From the IMG/VR virus record IMGVR_UViG_2711768046_000001: a stretch of DNA of 5,747 bases. One strand, 5' to 3'. The notes below the pieces were generated by a model. The model was given only the letters and a program-made list of their open reading frames with translations, had not been told where the DNA came from and did not search any database. A program made the translations under genes and the position numbers. Each line of letters opens with the position of its first letter. Within the stretch, counting starts at the first letter, position 1. The stretch comes from a virus. Taxonomy: Duplodnaviria > Heunggongvirae > Uroviricota > Caudoviricetes. Below are positions 1 to 5,747 of this stretch, in pieces.

Positions 1-456
1 TTCTTCGGCAGCGTCAGATGGGTATAAGAGAAGGATCTGAACCAGCAGGCGGACTTCCGACGGATTCCTGTCACCCTTTGAGGTGGTTTCCACCAGTGCC
101 TGTACACCGAAGGTAAAGCGCAGACGGTCGATGTTTGCAGACGTAATGGTGCGGGTGATCGGCGTGTCATATTTCACTTCCGTACCCAGCACCGTCTCGG
201 AGCCGGAGGATTCAAATCCCTCCGGCGGTGTCTGTTCCTGCTCACCGGCCCGGAACACCACCGTGACGCCGGATATATTGGTATTCCCCTCACTGTCCAG
301 CACTGGCGTACTGTTCAGCAGCACGCTTTTTAATCCATCCACCGGACCTTCAATCGGCCCTTCGCTGATGGCATCGATCACACTCAGCAACTGCGTGGAC
401 TTCAGGTTGTCCTTCGCTTCGCGCGGAGTATGCCCCTTACTGCTGCCTTTACCCAT
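1..456 (-). CDS. J: Tail tip / host-specificity protein J-like, N-terminal 152 codons only; continues beyond the window start
   Basis: Manual translation of the reverse complement of 1..456 gives an open frame with no stop, starting at ATG (plus 454-456): MGKGSSKGHTPREAKDNLKSTQLLSVIDAISEGPIEGPVDGLKSVLLNSTPVLDSEGNTNISGVTVVFRAGEQEQTPPEGFESSGSETVLGTEVKYDTPITRTITSANIDRLRFTFGVQALVETTSKGDRNPSEVRLLVQILLLYPSDAAEE. This matches my recollection of the lambda gpJ N-terminus. GGAG lies 8 nt upstream of the ATG. Position immediately downstream of I as in lambda. Absent from the ORF track because it has no in-window stop. Confidence 0.88.
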   Translation of the reverse strand, partial: MGKGSSKGHTPREAKDNLKSTQLLSVIDAISEGPIEGPVDGLKSVLLNSTPVLDSEGNTNISGVTVVFRAGEQEQTPPEGFESSGSETVLGTEVKYDTPITRTITSANIDRLRFTFGVQALVETTSKGDRNPSEVRLLVQILLLYPSDAAEE

Positions 457-478
457 TCCTAACGCTCCATAAACGACA

Positions 479-498
479 AAACCGCCCGGAGGCGGTTT
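479..498 (-). other. Perfect 8-bp inverted repeat with 4-nt loop (aaaccgcc-cgga-ggcggttt) in the I-J intergenic region; possible RNA stem-loop
   Basis: Read directly from the sequence. On the transcribed minus strand the stem is followed by TTTTGTCGTTT and then the J Shine-Dalgarno and ATG. Function not established. Confidence 0.3.
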
Positions 499-516
499 CA
501 CATAAAACGTTTTTCA

Positions 517-1164
517 TCAGCGACCAATCACTACAACCTGACCACCATCCCCTTCGTCTGCCGTGCTGATCTCCTGAGAGACCACCCGCGACCCCACGCG
601 CATTTCACCGTACAGAACGGGCAGAACATTGCCCTGGGCAACCATGTTATCCAGTGAGGAGAAATAGGTGTTCTGTTTGCCGTTATCTGTACTTGCTGCC
701 GTGGGCGTCCTGGCTTTCGGTGCCAGCATCTGCGCCACTCCGCCCAGGATCATACTGGCCCCTGCCGCATACATGCCCGATACAGCCGCGGCCCCCAGCC
801 AGCCAACAGGGTTCCACCATGCCACCGCAATCAGCGCCGCACCCAGCACCGCCTGAAACACACCGCCACTTTTGGCACCCGCCAGACGCGGAACGACGTG
901 GATCACGGCACCATTTGCCAGCGGTTCATTAAGACGGGCAGATAATTCATTTTCACCTGCATCACGCCCGGCAATGCGTACCTGGTACCAGCCGTCGCTC
1001 AGTTTCTGACGAAACGCCGGGATCTGCATGGCCAGCGCCCGGATGGCTTCGGACCCCGTTTTCACTCGAAGGTCGATGCGGCGGCCAAATCGTTGTAAAT
1101 CCCCGTAAAGGCAGATGCGTGCCATGCCCGGTGACGCCAGAGGGAGTGTGTGCGTCGCTGCCAT
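517..1164 (-). CDS. I: Tail assembly protein I-like (215 aa)
   Basis: ORF-track ORF 517..1164 (-). Begins MAATHTLPLASPGMARICLYGDLQRFGRRIDLRV and ends VVSQEISTADEGDGGQVVVIGR, which I recognise as lambda gpI-like. Soluble N-terminal about 100 aa ending in AKSGG, followed by a Gly/Ala-rich hydrophobic segment. Sits between K and J and overlaps the K 3' end out of frame, as in lambda. Upstream GAGAGAGG as possible SD. Confidence 0.9.
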   Translation of the reverse strand: MAATHTLPLASPGMARICLYGDLQRFGRRIDLRVKTGSEAIRALAMQIPAFRQKLSDGWYQVRIAGRDAGENELSARLNEPLANGAVIHVVPRLAGAKSGGVFQAVLGAALIAVAWWNPVGWLGAAAVSGMYAAGASMILGGVAQMLAPKARTPTAASTDNGKQNTYFSSLDNMVAQGNVLPVLYGEMRVGSRVVSQEISTADEGDGGQVVVIGR

Positions 1165-1805
1165 TTGTCGGTATACCTCTCTCGTTTACTCAGTTGTTCA
1201 GGAATATGGTGCAGCAGCTCACCGTCGCCGCAGTAAATGGCGGCATGATTCGGCACCGATGAACCAAAACAGCACAGCAGCACATCGCCCGGTTGTGCTG
1301 ATGACAACGCCACCTGATACAGCCCTGTGGCCTCCAGATTATCCAGATAGAGATTCTGACCGTTACGCCACCAGTCATCCTCACGATGAAAATCCGGCAT
1401 CTCAATCCCCGCCAGATGATAAGCATCCCGGAACAGCGTGTAACAGTCCGTCACCCCGTGCTCAAAGCGCCGCCCGGTGAGATGCGGCACACAGCGGAAC
1501 TTGTGAATCGCCCCCCGGCAGACCAGCCACCACGGCAAATCACTCTGCACCTGCAGCCGCCGGTCAGCCTCACTCAGCCAAGGCAGACCACCGGGATGAC
1601 TGTGGACCAGTGCCACAATCTCACCCTGCATCTCTGCCTGCAGCCAGTCCTCCGGAGCCATCCGGAAATAATCCTCCGGCTCACCGGAAATATTCACGCA
1701 GGGAAAATATCTTTCCCCCTCCGGCGCTCTCACCACGAAGCCGCACGACTCCGCTGGCGCACATCGCCGGGCGTGCGCCAGAATCGCTGATTCTGTCTGT
1801 GTCAT
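1062..1805 (-). CDS. K: Tail assembly protein K-like, MPN/JAMM metalloprotease-like N-terminal domain plus NlpC/P60 (C40 peptidase-like) C-terminal domain; 247 aa if the first ATG is used
   Basis: ORF-track ORF 1062..1805 (-). HSHPGGLPWLSEAD at residues 68-81 fits the JAMM signature HxHx7Sx2D exactly (plus 1563..1604). Downstream, GVTDCYTLFRDAYH supplies a candidate NlpC/P60 catalytic Cys (codon at plus 1443..1445), with later His residues (NHAAIY, LLHHIP). Position between L and I matches lambda. Start is uncertain: an internal Met49 (plus 1659..1661) would give 199 aa. Confidence 0.85.
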   Translation of the reverse strand: MTQTESAILAHARRCAPAESCGFVVRAPEGERYFPCVNISGEPEDYFRMAPEDWLQAEMQGEIVALVHSHPGGLPWLSEADRRLQVQSDLPWWLVCRGAIHKFRCVPHLTGRRFEHGVTDCYTLFRDAYHLAGIEMPDFHREDDWWRNGQNLYLDNLEATGLYQVALSSAQPGDVLLCCFGSSVPNHAAIYCGDGELLHHIPEQLSKRERYTDKWQRRTHSLWRHRAWHASAFTGIYNDLAAASTFE

Positions 1806-1810
1806 GGGAT

Positions 1811-2509
1811 TTACTGCGAAAGTTTGTTAATGGAAAGGAAGCCGCCAAAGTTGCCGACGTTATTGCGGAACTTACAACCGCTCAGGCATTTGCTGCATTT
1901 ATCCTTCGTGATGTCGGACGTTGGCTGGTCATATTCATCCGCGACCGCCGGACCGTGATAACCGCACTCATCGCCGCGATAGGTCCAGGTGCAGGTGTTG
2001 GCCAGCATGATACGTCCCGGAAAAACGGCACCGTCCGTTTCCGTCGGTGTGGACAACACAAAGGAGGCACTGACCGCACTCAGTTCGCTGCACTGCTCGA
2101 TGCGCCAGCGGCTGATCACCTCCTGCTCTGGATCGGCGTCGCTGTTTCCGTTGACGAAGTTCACCGCATCCAGAAAACGGGCGTAAACCTTACGCCTGAC
2201 CACCGTTCCGCCGACCAGACTCTGCAGGTCTTCCGCCATCCCCGTGACCATGCCGTGCAGGTTAGAAACCGTCAGTGTCGGACGGGCAGCACTGCCCTTG
2301 CCGTTCAGTTCAAATCCTGTCCCCTGAATGGGGTATACCTGATACTGCCGCCCCTGCCAGATAACCGGCTCACCTTTTTCGTTCTGCTCATTACAGAAAA
2401 AATAACGTTCACCACCGACCTCTGTCAGATCGATTTCCCAGAGCACCACCTGGGCTGACTGAGTGAGGCGTGTCGTCTCATGATGTGTTTCCTGTGGAAT
2501 ATCCTGCAT
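1811..2509 (-). CDS. L: Minor tail protein L-like (232 aa) with C-terminal cysteine cluster
   Basis: ORF-track ORF 1811..2509 (-). 232 aa, the same length I recall for lambda gpL, and in the same position between M and K. C-terminal Cys residues in ...TCTWTYRGDECGYHG...KDKCSKCLSGCKF... (C173, C182, C205, C208, C212). GAGG sits 5 nt upstream of the ATG, directly after the M stop. Confidence 0.9.
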   Translation of the reverse strand: MQDIPQETHHETTRLTQSAQVVLWEIDLTEVGGERYFFCNEQNEKGEPVIWQGRQYQVYPIQGTGFELNGKGSAARPTLTVSNLHGMVTGMAEDLQSLVGGTVVRRKVYARFLDAVNFVNGNSDADPEQEVISRWRIEQCSELSAVSASFVLSTPTETDGAVFPGRIMLANTCTWTYRGDECGYHGPAVADEYDQPTSDITKDKCSKCLSGCKFRNNVGNFGGFLSINKLSQ

Positions 2510-2518
2510 CAGAGCCTC

Positions 2519-2848
2519 CTATGCCACGACCTGTTCAAAATCTGCCGTTATGGTTACCCACAGCGCCCCCACGCTTGCCGACCATTTACGACAAACCACC
2601 CTGATCGGTTTCCAGTCATAAGGTGGCGTCCACTGAAATGCACGGACGCCACCGTGCCGTTCCAGAAAGGCTTTTAAAGATGGGTGGTCACATTTACGAA
2701 CACGTATCGTCACGCTGTAAGTCGACAACTGGTTATTCAGTCCCGCCGCACGACGCTGTTCATAACCATCGCCCAGCTTCACTGTCACCACTTTCGGCTC
2801 TGATACCACATTCATATCCGGGCGCACTTTCCAGTGAAACGTCTCCAT
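2519..2848 (-). CDS. M: Minor tail protein M-like (109 aa)
   Basis: ORF-track ORF 2519..2848 (-). 109 aa, the same length I recall for lambda gpM. Begins METFHWKVRPDMNVVSEPKVV and ends ITADFEQVVA. Its ATG overlaps the stop of the upstream tape measure gene (TAATG). Placement between H and L matches lambda. Confidence 0.88.
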   Translation of the reverse strand: METFHWKVRPDMNVVSEPKVVTVKLGDGYEQRRAAGLNNQLSTYSVTIRVRKCDHPSLKAFLERHGGVRAFQWTPPYDWKPIRVVCRKWSASVGALWVTITADFEQVVA

Positions 2849-5745
2849 TACCGATATGCTCCACTTAACCGACCACCATCACGGGCCTGCTGTTGCATAA
2901 AGTCCGCTGCCGCTTTTTTCCCGAGGTCATAAACCGCCTTCAGGGCAGCCGGACCTATCTGCCCGTTCGTGCCATCGTTATTGATCTCGATGTTGTACTG
3001 CGGGGAAAACATCGCCATACCTGAACCCCCAATATCCGCCACAACCCCCAGCTTACCGTCAGCACCACGACGCAGTGGCAGAATGGCTTCAGGTCCAGCT
3101 TCCCCCATCACACCCGCGCCTTTTGCAAAAGCAAAAAACGTCGGACGGTTAACCACCGTGCCACTGTAACGACTCAAATCAGCAGACTGATAAATCCCCC
3201 CATTGGCATTCAGGGAAAGGCTGCTGAGATCAAATCCCAGTACACTGCCAATCCCTTTTATCGATTTCATCATGGTTGCCTGCGCCAGGATTTTCGCCAT
3301 ATCTGACAGCACCGAAGAGGTGAAGGATTTGAAGTTGAGTTTGCCGGTAGTGACAAAAGTTGCCAGGCCATTTCCCATGTTGCTGAAGGCTGACGAGAAC
3401 ACCTGTTCTGCTGTTCCTGCCGTATTATCTGCATCCACGGTAAAATCCTGAAATGCACGCAGGACTCCGTTTTTCCAGTTACCCTGCACAACTTCAAGCT
3501 GTTGCCAGTAACGGCGATTCTCATTCAGTTGTCGGTTCAGGCTCTCCGTCAGCGCCTGCTCGGCCTTTCTGTAGTCATCCGTGTTATATGTCCCTTTCTG
3601 CTCACTATCCCGCCTCAACTGCTCCAGCTGTTGCTGGTATTTCTGGCGAAGACTCAGTTGTACCTGATATCGCTGCCGCTGCTGATCACCCATACCCACC
3701 GTGGCGATATCCAGGTCATGTTGCTGGCGCTGAGCGCGCTCTTCTTCAGCCAGTTGACTGGTCAGCTGAATTGTTTTTTTCTTCAGATCGTTGAGTGCCG
3801 TCTGTTTCTGAAGCTCCTGCTGTTTTACATCCAGCAGCATCAGTGCCTGAATCAGTTCATCTTTACGGGCCAGCACACTCTTTTCATCTGCCGTCAGTTT
3901 TTTCCCGTCCAGGTCGCTGATGCGCTGCTGCAGAGCCAGAAGCTGTTTATGCGCTTCTGTCATCTTTTCAGTGGCAATGCCTGCTGACTGTCTTGCAGCA
4001 GCAATCTGTCCTTCCACCTGTGCCTGTTGCTGACTGTACTGCAGCAATAACCGGGTGGCCTCATCATTACGGGTTTCGCGTGTTTTTTTCTTACCGGATG
4101 CCAGGGCTTTCTCGTAACGTTCATTTTCACGTTGTATCGCTGCATCCCTGACAGCCTGATCGGCGTACTGCATGGCATTAATACGCGCAATTTCACGCTG
4201 ATGTCGTGCTGCTTCCGATTCATTCATCCGGTTCAGTGCAGCATTTTCAGCATTACGTCGTTTCTGTTGCTCCTGATAATTCCGCTCTGCCTGCTCTTTT
4301 GCATCCTGCAAATCCTTCTGGCGTTTTTTCTCCTGAAGATCGTTAAGACGCTGCTGATCGTATTCAACCTGAGAAGATGATGCCGTCCAGGGGAGTCTTT
4401 TCGCCCGCGACACTTTCTCCTGTAAAGCGGCAATCTGTTCATCCAGCGAGTCTTCACGACCAATATTCATGGCCGCATCCCAGAAACGACTCCACAAATC
4501 AGACAGATACTTCAGCGTACTGCCAAGCGCATTGAGGTTATTATCAATATCCGCAGTACGCCGACCGGTTTCCTCTGCCAGAGCAGACATGGCTATCCGT
4601 GCAGCATCACTGGACCGTCCCTGATCCCCAAGGACACGTATCTGCTCAAGCTGAGTGGCAGTAAGAAAATGCAGCTCATTGTCCAGAGCCTTCGCGGCAT
4701 TTACAGGATCATCCTTCAGCCGCTTAAACTGACTTATGGTATCGCTGACCGACTGGCCAACCGATCGCTCCATCTGTGCGGCAGCTCTCGCCACCATACC
4801 GATATCGTTTCCACGAAATGCGCCACTCCCCACCACCTGAGCCAGCGCACCGGCTGCAGCATGTTGCGTGATACCATTCCCGGAAATAGCACGACTGAGC
4901 GTCCACAGTTGCCCGGCAGTGACTCCGGCATAGTGCCCCGTCAGCGACAGCTGGCGGTTAAATTCTTCCCCCTCCTTCTGACCGTCATACCAGGCTTTAC
5001 CCAGACCATAGACGGCCGCGGTAATACCGCCAATAACCCCGCCCAGCATCATGCCTTTCGGTGACATCAGTGTGTCTATCCATCCGGCACGGTTAGCCAG
5101 CGTTATCCCGGATCCCCTCAGCGCCCCTAAATTGCCGCGGGCCAGTTCACCTATCAGAACGCCTATCTCCTGGCGGGCCGCTGCACTTTTCAGCCCCAGC
5201 GAATGCGTGGCTTTTCCTGCCTGCTCCATTTTGCGGATATACACTTCTGCAGCACTGCTTACCCCTAGCTGGGCAGCCCTGGCACGAAGCAACTCAGAAG
5301 AAGAAAGATTCTGGCGGGTTGCCTGCTCTTTAAGCTGACGGATAAACGCCACTTTCTGTCGGGTAGACTCTTCCTCAGCCTGCGTAAGAACACGGGTTTT
5401 CGCCGTAACCTCAGAAATCAGCGCCAGATAATCCTGCTGACCAATCCCGCCACTGTTTCTGGCCTGTCGGATCTGCTGCTGAATACGCTGTAATTCCTGC
5501 AGCCCCGCACTGGCCTGTTTCACACTGTCAATCTGACGATAAAACGCAGCAGCTGCTTTATCCTGAGCCTCCGCCAGAGCCATGGCCTGCGCCTGTTCCT
5601 CGCGCATTTTCTGGCTCAGCGCCTCCATGCGCTGGCGGGTTTTCTCCACCTCGCGGGCCATGCGTTCATGAGCCTGTGCGTTCTTCTCCACCGTCTGCGC
5701 ATGGACGGATGCGGCTGTTGCAGCCGAATAAATATCCTCCGGCAT
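2848..5745 (-). CDS. H: Tail length tape measure protein (lambda gpH-like), at least 965 aa; true start may lie beyond the right window edge
   Basis: ORF-track ORF 2848..5745 (-). Long Q/E/R/K-rich heptad-like coiled-coil stretches, a Gly-rich hydrophobic segment (GMMLGGVIGGITAAVYGLGKAWY, residues about 231-253), a motif LWSRFWDAAMNIGREDS and a C-terminus NIEINNDGTNGQIGPAALKAVYD...ARDGGRLSGAYR that I recognise as resembling lambda gpH. Sits immediately upstream of M. The first in-window Met is 2 nt from the window edge, so the N-terminus is not established. Confidence 0.9.
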   Translation of the reverse strand: MPEDIYSAATAASVHAQTVEKNAQAHERMAREVEKTRQRMEALSQKMREEQAQAMALAEAQDKAAAAFYRQIDSVKQASAGLQELQRIQQQIRQARNSGGIGQQDYLALISEVTAKTRVLTQAEEESTRQKVAFIRQLKEQATRQNLSSSELLRARAAQLGVSSAAEVYIRKMEQAGKATHSLGLKSAAARQEIGVLIGELARGNLGALRGSGITLANRAGWIDTLMSPKGMMLGGVIGGITAAVYGLGKAWYDGQKEGEEFNRQLSLTGHYAGVTAGQLWTLSRAISGNGITQHAAAGALAQVVGSGAFRGNDIGMVARAAAQMERSVGQSVSDTISQFKRLKDDPVNAAKALDNELHFLTATQLEQIRVLGDQGRSSDAARIAMSALAEETGRRTADIDNNLNALGSTLKYLSDLWSRFWDAAMNIGREDSLDEQIAALQEKVSRAKRLPWTASSSQVEYDQQRLNDLQEKKRQKDLQDAKEQAERNYQEQQKRRNAENAALNRMNESEAARHQREIARINAMQYADQAVRDAAIQRENERYEKALASGKKKTRETRNDEATRLLLQYSQQQAQVEGQIAAARQSAGIATEKMTEAHKQLLALQQRISDLDGKKLTADEKSVLARKDELIQALMLLDVKQQELQKQTALNDLKKKTIQLTSQLAEEERAQRQQHDLDIATVGMGDQQRQRYQVQLSLRQKYQQQLEQLRRDSEQKGTYNTDDYRKAEQALTESLNRQLNENRRYWQQLEVVQGNWKNGVLRAFQDFTVDADNTAGTAEQVFSSAFSNMGNGLATFVTTGKLNFKSFTSSVLSDMAKILAQATMMKSIKGIGSVLGFDLSSLSLNANGGIYQSADLSRYSGTVVNRPTFFAFAKGAGVMGEAGPEAILPLRRGADGKLGVVADIGGSGMAMFSPQYNIEINNDGTNGQIGPAALKAVYDLGKKAAADFMQQQARDGGRLSGAYR

Positions 5746-5747
5746 AG

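Noticed and set aside
1-36. The last 12 codons of the J fragment (...QILLLYPSDAAEE) do not match what I recall of lambda gpJ after ...SEVRLLVQI, hinting at a mosaic joint or disruption at about position 36
   Set aside because: Only 36 nt are available and the comparison rests on memory of the reference. The frame stays open, which is uninformative over 12 codons. It cannot be distinguished from ordinary divergence without the flanking sequence.
83-472. 129-aa plus-strand ORF at the left end
   Set aside because: It is antisense to the J N-terminal coding region, whose minus-strand translation is recognisable as gpJ. The plus-strand product is Ser/Pro/Thr-rich with no motif.
654-932. Plus-strand ORFs 654..932 and 668..856 inside the I gene
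   Set aside because: Short, antisense to I, low-complexity Pro/Ala-rich products; no support.
1610-2458. 282-aa ORF on the plus strand
   Set aside because: It lies wholly antisense to the well-supported K and L genes. The product is Pro/Arg/Ala-rich and low-complexity with no recognisable motif, and there is no credible RBS. Long antisense ORFs are expected opposite GC-rich coding sequence.
3502-4380. Plus-strand ORFs 3502..3987 (161 aa) and 4132..4380 (82 aa) with very hydrophobic Leu/Phe-rich products resembling membrane peptides
   Set aside because: They are antisense to the coiled-coil region of the tape measure gene. The antisense of Glu/Lys/Gln/Leu codons is Phe/Leu-rich by construction, so the hydrophobicity is a mirror artefact. 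No RBS and no independent support.
1-5747. Searched for accessory content: defence genes, toxin-antitoxin pairs, morons, tRNA, CRISPR repeats, IS terminal repeats, att sites
   Set aside because: Intergenic space is limited to about 60 nt between I and J and less than 10 nt elsewhere. No direct-repeat arrays, no tRNA-like cloverleaf candidates, and every long ORF is accounted for by a tail structural gene. There is no sequence basis for an additional system.

Overview
The window is almost entirely coding (about 98%) and every supported gene is on the minus strand. It reads as a canonical lambda-type siphovirus tail-tip assembly module in lambda order: tape measure protein (H-like, at least 965 aa, start at or beyond the right edge), M-like (109 aa), L-like (232 aa, C-terminal Cys cluster), K-like (247 aa, JAMM/MPN plus NlpC/P60 motifs), I-like (215 aa) and the first 152 codons of a J-like tip protein that runs off the left edge. 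I translated the J fragment by hand, and it begins MGKGSSKGHTPREAKDNLKSTQLLSVIDAISEGPIEGPVDG, which I recognise from memory as the phage lambda gpJ N-terminus, so this is most likely a lambdoid (pro)phage of an enterobacterium. I see no rRNA, tRNA, CRISPR array, IS element or intergenic space that could hold an accessory gene. I do not find sequence support for an undescribed system here. The most system-like feature is the I/K pair (a diglycine-containing I protein next to a JAMM plus NlpC/P60 K protein), which I recall being noted in comparative-genomics literature but not well characterised experimentally. All homology statements rest on motifs, lengths, gene order and my recollection of lambda, not on a database search.
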